Notes: generated from the sequence alone by a model not told the origin. A DNA stretch of 64,000 nucleotides from an uncultured Prolixibacteraceae bacterium (GCA_964642545.1 CAZXQU010000003.1:22443-86442), one strand, 5' to 3'. Counted from the stretch's first letter, positions 44,821 to 54,422 are shown. Numbers and translations are program-made.

Positions 44821-46005
44821 GCTGACGGAGTCCAGTGCTTCAGTTAGCCGTGAGCAGGCCTCCTCAATCTCATCAGCTGTAATAGTCAGCGGGGGCGCTA
44901 TCCGAAAAGTAGCAGGCTGAAACAGATACCAGTCGATAATAATCCCTTGTAACAGCGCTGCTTCCATAAAAGCTTGCCGTTTCCCGGGATCCTCCAGATC
45001 TAATCCGATCGCCAAACCTCGTCTCCTATATGACTTTATTGCAGCGTGATTACAAATTTCCTCCTCAAATTGCCGGCCTTTCTTTTCCACTTCATTTAAA
45101 AGACCATCTGCGAGCAATACCTCGATTCCGGCCAGGGCAGCTGCACAACTCACGGGATGCCCTCCAAATGTTGTGATATGTCCTAGTTCCGGATTGAAGG
45201 CCAGCGAATCCATGACCTGTTTTGGAGCGATGAAAGCTCCTAATGGCATCCCGGCTCCCAAAGCTTTAGCCAGAACGAGGATGTCGGGGATAAAATCGTA
45301 GTGTTCAAAGGAAAATAATCTTCCCGTTCGACCAAATCCCATCTGAACATCATCGATCACCAGAAGGGTTCCCGTTTCAGTACATCGCTCTCTCAGCAGA
45401 CGGAGAAAATTTCCTTCCGGTAATATCAGGCCGGCTTCCGCCTGGATGGTTTCAGCAACCACACAGGCAGTTTTATCGGTGATGTTGGAAAGGTCATCCA
45501 GGTCATTGAACTTCAGGAAGCGGATATCAGGAATAAGTGGGCGGAATGCGCTCTTCATCTCCTCATTCCCGAGAATGGAGAGAGCTCCCTGGGTGGATCC
45601 ATGGTAAGCATGATGAAAAGCGATCACCTCCTGTCTGCCTGTATAACGTTTCGCAAGTTTCATCGCCCCCTCAATGGCTTCACTGCCCGAATTGACGAAA
45701 TAGACCGAATCTAGGGAAGAGGGCAGGAGGTCCGATAACCGCTTGGCAAGCTTCACCTGAGGAGTTTGAATAAACTCACCATAAACGTTGAGATACAAAT
45801 ATTTATCAAGTTGCTCCCTGATGGCTGCGAGAACCTTCGGATGCCTGTGCCCAATGTTACTAACCGAAATTCCTGAAACAAGGTCAAGCCAACGATTGCC
45901 ATCGCGAGCTGTCAGCCAAACCCCTTCGGCATGGACAATATCCAGTGCCATCGGGGTAAATGAAGGCAACCCCAGATACCTGTAGAACAACTCCCTTTCA
46001 GTCAT
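44818..46005 (-). CDS. class-III PLP aminotransferase (acetylornithine/ornithine-type)
   Basis: Contains NSGSEAIEGAMKLA and LLVIDDVQMGFGRTGRLF, blocks typical of class-III aminotransferases. Confidence 0.8.
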   Translation of the reverse strand: MTERELFYRYLGLPSFTPMALDIVHAEGVWLTARDGNRWLDLVSGISVSNIGHRHPKVLAAIREQLDKYLYLNVYGEFIQTPQVKLAKRLSDLLPSSLDSVYFVNSGSEAIEGAMKLAKRYTGRQEVIAFHHAYHGSTQGALSILGNEEMKSAFRPLIPDIRFLKFNDLDDLSNITDKTACVVAETIQAEAGLILPEGNFLRLLRERCTETGTLLVIDDVQMGFGRTGRLFSFEHYDFIPDILVLAKALGAGMPLGAFIAPKQVMDSLAFNPELGHITTFGGHPVSCAAALAGIEVLLADGLLNEVEKKGRQFEEEICNHAAIKSYRRRGLAIGLDLEDPGKRQAFMEAALLQGIIIDWYLFQPATFRIAPPLTITADEIEEACSRLTEALDSVS

Positions 46006-46106
46006 AGGATGCAGTGATGTGATGATGTAACGAAATTACAAAAACCGGTGGATTGTTAGTACTTTCGCGATTGAAATGCTAATTTCGCCATTTATTCGCA
46101 ATATTG

Positions 46107-46142
46107 TCTGTTTCAATGGTGCTCATGAATGCTTCGCATTTC
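46107..46142. repeat. module A' : inverted copy of 4004-4039
   Basis: ggtgctcatgaatgcttcgcatttc versus the reverse complement of 4004-4028, ggtgttcatgaatgcttcgcatttc (24/25). The flanking 11 nt match at 9/11. Confidence 0.85.
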
Positions 46143-46159
46143 ACCATTTCACTATTTTC
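46137..46159. repeat. 2.9 x CATTTCAC micro-tandem repeat directly upstream of the SDR start
   Basis: The tract reads catttcac catttcac tattttc. Confidence 0.8.
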
Positions 46160-46162
46160 TAT

Positions 46163-46969
46163 ATGAAAAACAAAGTCGTCGTAATTACTGGAGCAGCCTC
46201 AGGAATTGGTAAGGCCCTGGCTTTTGAATGTGCCCGGCGGGGAGCAAGACTCTCCCTAGCCGACCGTAACAACCAACAGCTTCAGGAAATTCAGGAAGAG
46301 TTAGTCAAACGAGGGGCCGAAGTTGTTTCCACAGAAGCCGATATCACACGTGAAGAAGATTGTAAGAGATTTATTGCCAATACGGTAAGTCGCTATAACA
46401 GGATAGATGTATTGATCAACAATGCCGGAATATCTATGCGTGCATTGTTCGAAGAGGTTGATCTGGATGTCCTCAGGCGGGTAATGGATGTCAATTTCTG
46501 GGGTGCCGTTTATTGCACCAAGTATTCATTGCACGAACTGCTAAAAACCAAAGGATCGGTTATCGGGGTATCTTCCATCGCAGGGTACAAAGGCTTGCCC
46601 GGCCGAACAGGGTACTCGGCATCCAAGTTTGCTCTTCAGGGATTCCTTGAAGTGATTCGCATTGAGAACATGAAGCGGGGATTGCATGTATTGATTGCCT
46701 GTCCCGGATTTACCAGTTCCAACATCCGGAATGCAGCGTTGGCTAAGGACGGCAGCAACCAGGGCGAGTCGCCCCGCGACGAAGCAAAAATGATGATGCC
46801 CGAAGAGGTGGCAAGACAGATTTGTGATGCCATCGAAAAGCGCAAACACCGTCTTACCATGACTTCCCAGGGAAAGATGACAGTACTCCTGAATAAGTTT
46901 TTCCCGAAGTTCATGGATAAGATGGTTTACAACCACATGGCAAAGGAGCCTGATTCGCCCTTCAAATGA
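46163..46969 (+). CDS. short-chain dehydrogenase/reductase (SDR)
   Basis: Contains the TGAASGIGKA, NNAG and YSASK motifs. The start at the 46163 ATG gives MKNKVVVITG.... Confidence 0.85.
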   Translation: MKNKVVVITGAASGIGKALAFECARRGARLSLADRNNQQLQEIQEELVKRGAEVVSTEADITREEDCKRFIANTVSRYNRIDVLINNAGISMRALFEEVDLDVLRRVMDVNFWGAVYCTKYSLHELLKTKGSVIGVSSIAGYKGLPGRTGYSASKFALQGFLEVIRIENMKRGLHVLIACPGFTSSNIRNAALAKDGSNQGESPRDEAKMMMPEEVARQICDAIEKRKHRLTMTSQGKMTVLLNKFFPKFMDKMVYNHMAKEPDSPFK

Positions 46970-47013
46970 TTTACGATTAATTTTATTTTCGAATGACGAT
47001 TTTCTTTTTTCGT

Positions 47014-47040
47014 AAATCGAAAATCGATTTATTCGGAGAT
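47014..47040. repeat. module C' : exact inverted copy of 3948-3974
   Basis: aaatcgaaaatcgatttattcggagat is the reverse complement of atctccgaataaatcgattttcgattt (27/27). Confidence 0.9.
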
Positions 47041-47048
47041 TTATCTGG

Positions 47049-47948
47049 TTATTTCCTCGGATGGAACTGACTGATAGTACTTCTCAGGTATTCCCGGTCC
47101 AAATGGGTGTAGATCTCTGTTGTGGTAATCGATTCATGCCCAAGCATTTCCTGAACTGCACGCAGATCAGCCCCACCTTCCACCAGGTGGGTGGCAAAGG
47201 AGTGACGGAATGTATGCGGACTTATCGTTTTATTGATCCCGGCTTTTTCTGCGAGTTCTCTGACAATTGTAAAGATCATCGCCCTGGAGAGTTTTGAACC
47301 ACGTCGGTTCAGTAATAGTGTATCTTCATCACCCTGTTTGACAGGCTGAAGCGGACGAACAGAATCTTTATAAATCGTGATTTGTCGCTGAGCACTTTTT
47401 CCGATGGGAACCAGTCGCTCTTTGTTTCCTTTTCCTATGATACGTACAAACCCTTCCGCAAAGTGCAAGGATGATATTTTTAATTCGATGAGTTCTGTAA
47501 CCCTGAGTCCACATCCGTAAAGGATTTCCAGAATTGCCTTGTTACGTTCCCCCTCAGGTTTGCTGAGATCAATTACGCCAATCATCGCCTCAATTTCTCT
47601 ATTTGTCAGGACTACAGGTAATTTTCGTCCAATTCGAGGAGCATCAAGCAGTTCTGTTGGATCAATCTGTACGATATTCTCAACGATTAGAAATTTGTAA
47701 AATGACTTCAGTCCGGATACCAATCTTGATTGTGTTCGTGGTGTCATCTTTAGTTCGGTAACCCATTTTAATAACGCTTGTAAATGATGTACCGTTACCT
47801 GTGCCGGTTGTAAATTTTCTCCTGAGTGCTCCAGAAACTGGATAAGGTTTTTTACATCATGAAGATAGGCTTCAATCGTATTTCCCGAGAGCGATTTCTC
47901 CAGTTGAAGGTATGCCTTGTATCCGTTCAGGTATGAGTCCCACTTCAT
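47049..47948 (-). CDS. xerD: tyrosine site-specific recombinase XerD-type
   Basis: 299 aa. Contains an N-terminal SAM-like core-binding block and the C-terminal HTFRHSFATHLVEGGADLRAVQEMLGHESITTTEIYTHL (R..HxxR..Y). Confidence 0.8.
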   Translation of the reverse strand: MKWDSYLNGYKAYLQLEKSLSGNTIEAYLHDVKNLIQFLEHSGENLQPAQVTVHHLQALLKWVTELKMTPRTQSRLVSGLKSFYKFLIVENIVQIDPTELLDAPRIGRKLPVVLTNREIEAMIGVIDLSKPEGERNKAILEILYGCGLRVTELIELKISSLHFAEGFVRIIGKGNKERLVPIGKSAQRQITIYKDSVRPLQPVKQGDEDTLLLNRRGSKLSRAMIFTIVRELAEKAGINKTISPHTFRHSFATHLVEGGADLRAVQEMLGHESITTTEIYTHLDREYLRSTISQFHPRK

Positions 47949-47953
47949 GAAAT

Positions 47954-48730
47954 TTATTCTCCTTTAAAAACCGGTTTGCGTTTTTCGCGAAATGCCTTGA
48001 TCCCCTCATGATAATCATCACTCTCCCATACCAACGTTCTCAACCCCTCAATTTTTTCAAAAACATCTGCACTGAGGGCTTGAGAATTGGCTAGAATCCG
48101 GAATTGCTCTTTGATGACATGGATCGAAAGAGGGGAGAGGGTTGTGATGTGTTGTGCCATCTCCATCGTGTAGGATTCAAGTTGATCTTCCTCCACAACA
48201 TGATTGACTATTCCCCAAGTCTCAGCTGTGACGGCATCCACAGGACGGGCAGTGAAAAACATCTCTTTGGCTTGATTCGTCCCCAATCGTGCAATAAAAT
48301 GACTAATGCCCGAAGCATTATATGGAACTCCCAGTTTTGCCGGTGTAATGGCAAAGGTCGCAGAAGGGTCACAAATCGAAATATCCGATGTCATGATGAG
48401 GTCACATGCTCCGCCCCAAACACTACCATGGACTTGTGCAAGAACCGGCCCCGGGTATCGTTGGATAGCTCTTAACAGGACCTCCAGAGGGTCGTTGTAT
48501 CCAAGAGGATCTTCATGATTTTCAGGAAGATCCGGAATGTAATGGCCCGCTGACCAAACATTACTTTTGTTCGGCTCAGCTTTCAGGATTATCACTCGGA
48601 TCCCATCTTCTTTAAACAACTCAAATGCGTTAACAAGGTCATGACCCATATCCCTGCTCAGTGCATTCAATTTTTCAGGATGATTCAATGAGATTATACC
48701 AACAAAGTTGTGCTTTTCAGTTTTCACCAT
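47954..48730 (-). CDS. scpB: crotonase-fold enzyme, methylmalonyl-CoA decarboxylase (YgfG/ScpB)-like
   Basis: Colinear by eye with E. coli YgfG (SAGHxIxxLP, GSVWGGAxxxIMxSD, ESDDYHEGIKAFREKRKPVF). The start is at the 48730 ATG. Confidence 0.7.
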   Translation of the reverse strand: MVKTEKHNFVGIISLNHPEKLNALSRDMGHDLVNAFELFKEDGIRVIILKAEPNKSNVWSAGHYIPDLPENHEDPLGYNDPLEVLLRAIQRYPGPVLAQVHGSVWGGACDLIMTSDISICDPSATFAITPAKLGVPYNASGISHFIARLGTNQAKEMFFTARPVDAVTAETWGIVNHVVEEDQLESYTMEMAQHITTLSPLSIHVIKEQFRILANSQALSADVFEKIEGLRTLVWESDDYHEGIKAFREKRKPVFKGE

Positions 48731-48804
48731 GGCTTTAAAAAAATAAGTTTGGCTTCTAAAATAAAGATTTTTCACGTTTGTTTTGATATTAACCGGAAAA
48801 TAAT

Positions 48805-48812
48805 TAATTTTG
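48805..48812 (+). promoter_or_regulatory. Bacteroidota -7 promoter box (TAATTTTG)
   Basis: Matches TAnnTTTG, 28 nt upstream of the rpmG ATG. Confidence 0.45.
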
Positions 48813-48839
48813 CACGCCTTAAAAACAGGAGAGAAAGCA

Positions 48840-49028
48840 ATGGCGAAAAAGAGTAAAGATCAAAGGATTCAGGTAATTCTTGAGTGTACCGAACAGAAGA
48901 CCAGTGGAGTTCCCGGAATGTCGAGATACATCACTACCAAAAGCAAGAAGAATACTCCCGAGCGTTTGGAGATAAAAAAATACAATTCGTATCTGAAAAA
49001 GATGACGGTCCATAAAGAAATTAAATAA
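48840..49028 (+). CDS. rpmG: 50S ribosomal protein L33
   Basis: [62 protein letters not shown] is L33-like throughout. Confidence 0.9.
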   Translation: MAKKSKDQRIQVILECTEQKTSGVPGMSRYITTKSKKNTPERLEIKKYNSYLKKMTVHKEIK

Positions 49029-49040
49029 CACAATTCAGTC

Positions 49041-49202
49041 ATGGCAAAGAAAGTAGTTGCATCATTTAAAGGAGTCACAGCAAAGGATATCACCAAGGTG
49101 ATCAAAATGGTGAAGTCTCCAAAAACCGGAGCATATACATTTAAAGAGACGATGATCACCAACGACAAAATCAAAGATTTCCTCGCTTCCAAGGAGAATT
49201 AA
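49041..49202 (+). CDS. small conserved protein (DUF4295-like) between rpmG and ftsY
   Basis: 53-aa ORF below the track cutoff: MAKKVVASFKGVTAKDITKVIKMVKSPKTGAYTFKETMITNDKIKDFLASKEN. Its position and sequence fit the small gene usually found after rpmG in Bacteroidota. Confidence 0.65.
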   Translation: MAKKVVASFKGVTAKDITKVIKMVKSPKTGAYTFKETMITNDKIKDFLASKEN

Positions 49203-49287
49203 GAACTTTTTTCAATGATTAAAAGAAGCTTTTTTCGGGTGAAAGAAGCTTTTTTTATATCGTAAATAATTCCTAGTAACGAAACCA

Positions 49288-50238
49288 ATGGGATTCTTTA
49301 ACATCTTTTCAGGAGAGAAAAAGGAGAACCTTGAAAAAGGACTCGAAAAGACGAAAAGCTCCCTCTTTTCAAAGATCTCCAAAGCTGTCATTGGAAAATC
49401 CAAGGTTGATGATGAAGTCCTTGATAACCTTGAAGAGATTCTGGTCACGTCAGATGTAGGTGTTGAAACAACGTTACGAATCATCGAACGGATTGAGCAA
49501 CGCGCTGTCCGTGATAAATTTCTGGGAACTGGAGAACTGAACAAACTCCTGAAAGAGGAGATTGTTGCCATGCTTCAGGAAAACACTACGGAAGATTTTA
49601 CAGGATTTGACATTCCCAAAGGCAAGAAACCATATATCATTATGGTTGTTGGCGTTAATGGCGTTGGTAAAACCACAACAATTGGCAAACTTGCATATCA
49701 ATTCAAACAAAACGGAAATTCGGTCTTGTTGGGGGCCGCTGATACATTTCGTGCAGCTGCCGTTGACCAATTAACCATCTGGGCTGAAAGGGTAGGGGTA
49801 CCAATCGTAAATCATGGCATGGGAACCGATCCTGCATCAGTCGCCTATGATACCGTAAAACGCGCGATCTCGAATCAAACTGATATTGTTATAATCGACA
49901 CTGCCGGGCGCCTTCATAACAAAATTAACCTGATGAATGAACTCTCCAAGATCAGGAAAGTAATGCAGAAACTTGTTCCGGATGGCCCTCATGAAGTTCT
50001 TCTTATCCTGGATGCCTCCACAGGTCAGAATGCATTTGAACAGGCAAAGCAATTTACAGCGGCAACAGAGGTCAATGCACTCGCTCTGACCAAATTAGAT
50101 GGCACCGCAAAAGGTGGGGTTGTACTTGGAATCTCAGATCAGTTTAAAGTCCCGGTGAAATACATCGGCATCGGAGAGAAAATGGAAGATCTTCAGGTAT
50201 TTAACCGTATGGCATTTGTTGAAAGTCTATTTTCCTAA
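49288..50238 (+). CDS. ftsY: signal recognition particle receptor FtsY
   Basis: Contains the GVNGVGKTTTIGKLA, DTAGR and TKLDG GTPase motifs. Confidence 0.9.
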   Translation: MGFFNIFSGEKKENLEKGLEKTKSSLFSKISKAVIGKSKVDDEVLDNLEEILVTSDVGVETTLRIIERIEQRAVRDKFLGTGELNKLLKEEIVAMLQENTTEDFTGFDIPKGKKPYIIMVVGVNGVGKTTTIGKLAYQFKQNGNSVLLGAADTFRAAAVDQLTIWAERVGVPIVNHGMGTDPASVAYDTVKRAISNQTDIVIIDTAGRLHNKINLMNELSKIRKVMQKLVPDGPHEVLLILDASTGQNAFEQAKQFTAATEVNALALTKLDGTAKGGVVLGISDQFKVPVKYIGIGEKMEDLQVFNRMAFVESLFS

Positions 50239-50243
50239 CGCCA

Positions 50244-51554
50244 GTGACAGTCATTAAAAATAGAGGGATAGGTTTTGTTTCACTTGGGTGCGCCAAAAAT
50301 CTTGTCGATAGCGAAGTGTTGATGAAACAGCTGGAATCCAGCAAGTTTAGGATCATTTTTGAACCTCATGACCTGCTCAACATTGACACAATTATCATCA
50401 ATACATGCGGGTTTATCGGCGACGCCAAGCAGGAATCTGTCGATACCATTTTGCACTATGCCGAAGCGAAGAGAGCAGGCAGGATCAGCCGGTTATTTTT
50501 AATGGGATGTCTGACTGAACGCTACCGGAATGAGCTCAGGATTGAGATTCCTGAGGCCGATGGTGTCTTTGGAGTCAATGAACTCCCTGAAATTATTCAC
50601 GAAATTGGCGGTCAATACCGAACTAAACTTCTGGGAGAGAGGAGAATAACTACCCCATCCCATTACGCTTATCTGAAAATTGCCGAAGGTTGTGACCGGA
50701 CCTGTTCCTTCTGCGCGATCCCTGCTATCCGGGGGCATCATCGGTCGAAACCCCTTGAAAAGGTTATTGCAGAAGCCAACTACCTGGCCGAAAGGGGTGT
50801 GAAGGAGTTACTAGTCATCTCACAGGATACCACCTTTTACGGCCTGGATCTCTATGGTAAACGTCAACTGTCAACCCTTCTCCAAAAACTGGCTTCTGTC
50901 AATGGAATCGAATGGATCCGACTACACTATACCTATCCTCATGACTTTCCTCTCGACCTCCTTGATGTAATCCGCGATCACCCAACTATCTGTAACTATC
51001 TCGACATTCCCCTGCAACATATCAGCAATCATATATTGCGTTCCATGAAACGAGGCATGACCAGAGACAAAACACGTGAATTACTGAATACAATCAGAAA
51101 TACTATCCCAAACGTTGCAATTCGTACCACATTTATTACTGGTTACCCGGGTGAGACCGATCAAAATTTTGACGAATTGTGCCAGTTTGTATCTGATTCA
51201 AAATTTAACAGATTGGGGGTCTTTACCTATTCGCATGAAGAGGGAACCCCCGCTTTTAATCTCAAAGATACGCTGCCATCAAAAGTGAAGTTGAAGCGTC
51301 ATGTACGTCTGATGAAGATTCAAGAGGATATCTCACTAAAGCAGAACCAGAGACTGGTTGGAAGTGACATCAAAGTACTGATTGACAGAGAAGAAGATGA
51401 GTTTTGGGTCGGCAGGAGCGAGGCTGATTCACCTGAGGTTGATCAGGAGGTATTGGTCAGAAAAACAGGAAGTTCACTATTAGTCGGTTCATTTTATAAG
51501 GTTCGGATCACCGAAGCCAGTCATTTCGATTTAGTAGGGGAAACCTCTGAGTAA
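50244..51554 (+). CDS. rimO: ribosomal protein S12 methylthiotransferase
   Basis: Has an N-terminal MTTase domain (VSLGCAKNLVDSE), the radical SAM motif CDRTCSFCAIP, and a C-terminal TRAM domain. The start is GTG. Confidence 0.9.
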   Translation: MTVIKNRGIGFVSLGCAKNLVDSEVLMKQLESSKFRIIFEPHDLLNIDTIIINTCGFIGDAKQESVDTILHYAEAKRAGRISRLFLMGCLTERYRNELRIEIPEADGVFGVNELPEIIHEIGGQYRTKLLGERRITTPSHYAYLKIAEGCDRTCSFCAIPAIRGHHRSKPLEKVIAEANYLAERGVKELLVISQDTTFYGLDLYGKRQLSTLLQKLASVNGIEWIRLHYTYPHDFPLDLLDVIRDHPTICNYLDIPLQHISNHILRSMKRGMTRDKTRELLNTIRNTIPNVAIRTTFITGYPGETDQNFDELCQFVSDSKFNRLGVFTYSHEEGTPAFNLKDTLPSKVKLKRHVRLMKIQEDISLKQNQRLVGSDIKVLIDREEDEFWVGRSEADSPEVDQEVLVRKTGSSLLVGSFYKVRITEASHFDLVGETSE

Positions 51555-51569
51555 TTTGGCATCATTTTT

Positions 51570-51577
51570 TACTTTTG
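51570..51577 (+). promoter_or_regulatory. Bacteroidota -7 promoter box (TACTTTTG)
   Basis: Matches TAnnTTTG, 20 nt upstream of the 51597 ATG. Confidence 0.35.
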
Positions 51578-51596
51578 TATTACTAAACTTATTCAC

Positions 51597-52373
51597 ATGA
51601 AGAAGGTAATAAATTTGATGATTGCTGTATTGCTTATGATACCTATAATCTCATGGTCGCAGCAAGAAGAATCAGGGAATGTAAAAGAACCTGTAAATCA
51701 ACTCAATGAAAAAAACCTGAAAGTTGGCTACTGGAAAGAGAGGAACGGTGAACTGACTACCCGGGGAAATTATATCAATGGACTCAAGGATGGAACTTGG
51801 GAGACATATCTATCAGACGAACTTATTTTTCGGGTTGAGAATTACGCAAACGGACACCGTGATGGAATCACATTACAATTTGACCGTAAAGGAAAAATAA
51901 CCAACGTTGAACATTATAAAAGCAACCAACTTCATGGAGCTGTTTTCATCTATAGCTCATTTTCACCCAAATTGCAAAGAATGCAAGAGTATGATAATGG
52001 AATGCTGACAGGCCTTTTCCGGAGTTATTATGATGATGGGAAAATCCAGGAAGAGGCGTTCTATAAAAAGAATCAGAAAAATGGGCCATCCAAATGGTTT
52101 AACCGGGACGGACGGTTGGTTGCCATTTACAATTACAGGAATGGGTCTTTTGAAGGGACCCAACGCACCTTCTATGAGAACGATACAACAGCAACCATTA
52201 CCCAATACGTGAATGATAAGCAGGAGGGTAATTATAAGGAGTATTACAGAAATGGGAAACCCAAACTAACCGGCCAATACCAAAACGGAATTAAAGAGGA
52301 TGCCTGGACTGAATATGACGAAATCGGAAAAGCTGTTAACGTTACCAAATACAAGAATGGCGTCGCAAAATAA
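51597..52373 (+). CDS. MORN-variant repeat (YwqK-like) secreted protein
   Basis: Signal peptide present. The G-x-W-x-x-Y/F modules are repeated about 8 times (e.g. GTWETY, GLFRSYY, GNYKEYY). Confidence 0.7.
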   Translation: MKKVINLMIAVLLMIPIISWSQQEESGNVKEPVNQLNEKNLKVGYWKERNGELTTRGNYINGLKDGTWETYLSDELIFRVENYANGHRDGITLQFDRKGKITNVEHYKSNQLHGAVFIYSSFSPKLQRMQEYDNGMLTGLFRSYYDDGKIQEEAFYKKNQKNGPSKWFNRDGRLVAIYNYRNGSFEGTQRTFYENDTTATITQYVNDKQEGNYKEYYRNGKPKLTGQYQNGIKEDAWTEYDEIGKAVNVTKYKNGVAK

Positions 52374-52737
52374 TCAACGTAAAATCAGAAACCCGTTCGT
52401 TAAATTGCCTGGCTACAATTATTTCGGTTGCAGCCCAGGTAATCCGTTCGGATTACATATGACTTTTACCGAAGAGGGTGACGAAGTGGTTTCAAATTGG
52501 GATCCGGAAGAGAAGTTCCAGGGATATTTCGAGATCCTTCACGGCGGTATCCAGGCTGCTTTAATGGATGAAATTTCCAGTTGGGTTGTCTATGTAAAAC
52601 TCAAAACGGCAGGATTTACTTCCAAGGCAGAAGTTCGTTATCATAAAACGATCTACATTGACAATGGTCCGTTAACAATCCGTGCACATTCGCTGGGAAT
52701 GCGAAGAAACGAGGCCCAGAATTCAGGCAACGATTGA
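52357..52737 (+). CDS. PaaI/hotdog-fold thioesterase, probably 3'-truncated
   Basis: Contains the CSPGNPFGLHMTF and ILHGGIQAALMDE blocks. The ORF stops about 20-25 aa before where hotdog-fold homologues normally end. An alternative frame gives ...IQATIDKN and then also stops. Confidence 0.5.
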   Translation: MASQNNQRKIRNPFVKLPGYNYFGCSPGNPFGLHMTFTEEGDEVVSNWDPEEKFQGYFEILHGGIQAALMDEISSWVVYVKLKTAGFTSKAEVRYHKTIYIDNGPLTIRAHSLGMRRNEAQNSGND

Positions 52738-52750
52738 TAAAAATTAGTGT

Positions 52751-52987
52751 CTATTTTCTACGGTTCTTAATCACATAGTCTTTTCGGGGAGAACTCTGCT
52801 TGTATCCGTATCTCATTCCATAATTACTACGGTTCTTCTTTATCTTACCCTGTTTGTATGTCCGGTCTGTTCTGCAACCTGACTTCCTGGAGCCAGAACA
52901 GGCACTGTAAAAAGGAATAGTGAAAGAAAACAAGAGAATCAAAAGAATCGTACTGAACCGCTTAGACATAACTGAAATAATTTGCAT
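52751..52987 (-). CDS. small basic putative lipoprotein
   Basis: 78-aa ORF with a signal plus the Cys lipobox-like FYSAC, and a Lys/Arg-rich tail. I did not recognise any family. Confidence 0.35.
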   Translation of the reverse strand: MQIISVMSKRFSTILLILLFSFTIPFYSACSGSRKSGCRTDRTYKQGKIKKNRSNYGMRYGYKQSSPRKDYVIKNRRK

Positions 52988-53029
52988 GTAAATTTACATA
53001 AACTTCCTTAACTCAAAGCTGAAAATATG

Positions 53030-53037
53030 TATCTTTG
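53030..53037 (+). promoter_or_regulatory. Bacteroidota -7 promoter box (TATCTTTG)
   Basis: Matches TAnnTTTG, 28 nt upstream of the 53065 ATG. Confidence 0.4.
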
Positions 53038-53064
53038 GTGTGCATTAGTTACAATAATCTAAAT

Positions 53065-54390
53065 ATGAAAAAAATTGGTTTACTTTCTTCACTCCTGATT
53101 ATCATGGTTTTATTGCCTTGGATTGGTCTTTCCCAAAAAGCAGAATGGGTTGAACAGGTGATTGTTGCCAACGGGAATCGCTATGAAACCACTCCTCCTT
53201 TCATCGATTATGTTACAATGCAAACTTATGACCCAGTTTCTGGATCAACTTATATTTTTGATCAAATTAAAACGCAATCGGTTCAGGACATTGTAATTGC
53301 AAACAATAAAATTTATGTTGCAGCCCAGGATAGTATTGTTATGTATGATGCAACTACGTTACTGCGGCTTGGAAGCATTGTCGATTCTGGACTTAGCAGA
53401 CTTTATATATTCAATAATAGGTTGATTGTGACAAAACAGTATCCAATTGTCAGGTTTTTTGTGGAAGTATTGAATGCATCTGATCTCTCTCTTGTTGCGA
53501 GAATTCAGAATATATCAGGGGATTGCAAGGGAATAGCACAAACCCAAGATTCGATTTATATAGCAATTAACGGTGGATTTTTAAGTACTGAAGGGAAATT
53601 AGCTGTTATTAATTTCAACAACTGGACTCTTGCAAGAGAAATCGATCTTGGACCTAACATTGCTGGAATTAATGATATTTACAATTATGGTGGGATCATT
53701 TATTGTATCAATGAAACACCATTTGGATCAACTAATATTGGGAGCATAACGGCTTATAATACCTTCAACAAGATACACGCGAACTATATCCTTGACCTAA
53801 GGATTGGGAACGGGTCAGGGGGTCTAAAGAATAGCGGAATTATTGATAATTTACTGTATTTAACGTTGGATAATGGAATAGGTTCTTTCAATATGGATAC
53901 TTATCAAATACAAGATACTTCTATATTTCCTGACCCTGGCTTTGCAAATCATATACTATTTACATCCTTTACTACAGATTATGTTAATTCTTTACTTTAC
54001 ATGAACCTTGGAAACCGTAGCTCCTTTGGTTTGGATATAGTAGGCACTGCATCTGGTGACTCTATTACCTTTTTCGATACAGGTACAAATTCTGATGCCA
54101 TTGCTCTTGATTACAGGGTTCCTGTGGGAATTGAAAGCTCAGTTGCTGCAAATGCATCCATCACCATCTATCCAAATCCGGTTGAAAACCAGGTTCGTCT
54201 CAAATATACCGGAGATGACCCTGTAACAGAGATCCTAATCAGGGATATTACGGGTCGTACAAGTTATCAGAGTAATGAAAGATCACCTTCAGCTATATGG
54301 GTTGATTGTTCATCCTTTTCAGCTGGCCTCTATTTTGTTACTGTGAAAACAGATTCCAAAACTCTGTCATCCAAGTTTATCAAGAAATAA
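53065..54390 (+). CDS. secreted beta-propeller-like (YncE/DUF5074-like) protein with T9SS C-terminal sorting domain
   Basis: Signal peptide present. Propeller-like strands repeat (IVIANNKIYVAAQDSIVMYD etc.). The C-terminus ITIYPNPVENQVRLKY...GLYFVTVKTDSKTLSSKFIKK is a T9SS CTD. Confidence 0.65.
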   Translation: MKKIGLLSSLLIIMVLLPWIGLSQKAEWVEQVIVANGNRYETTPPFIDYVTMQTYDPVSGSTYIFDQIKTQSVQDIVIANNKIYVAAQDSIVMYDATTLLRLGSIVDSGLSRLYIFNNRLIVTKQYPIVRFFVEVLNASDLSLVARIQNISGDCKGIAQTQDSIYIAINGGFLSTEGKLAVINFNNWTLAREIDLGPNIAGINDIYNYGGIIYCINETPFGSTNIGSITAYNTFNKIHANYILDLRIGNGSGGLKNSGIIDNLLYLTLDNGIGSFNMDTYQIQDTSIFPDPGFANHILFTSFTTDYVNSLLYMNLGNRSSFGLDIVGTASGDSITFFDTGTNSDAIALDYRVPVGIESSVAANASITIYPNPVENQVRLKYTGDDPVTEILIRDITGRTSYQSNERSPSAIWVDCSSFSAGLYFVTVKTDSKTLSSKFIKK

Positions 54391-54422
54391 CTTAATTAGG
54401 ATCGTTTTTTGTAAATCTGACC

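Noticed and set aside
47049-47948. XerD-type gene as the integrase of a mobile element
   Set aside because: Its length and motifs fit chromosomal XerD. No att-like direct repeats, excisionase, or conjugation or phage genes are nearby. The possible link to the SDR cassette is kept only as a hypothesis.
52988-53064. Cobalamin riboswitch upstream of the TonB-dependent locus
   Set aside because: The spacer is only about 75 nt and AT-rich. No B12-box or GGGAA/GCCACUG-type blocks are visible.
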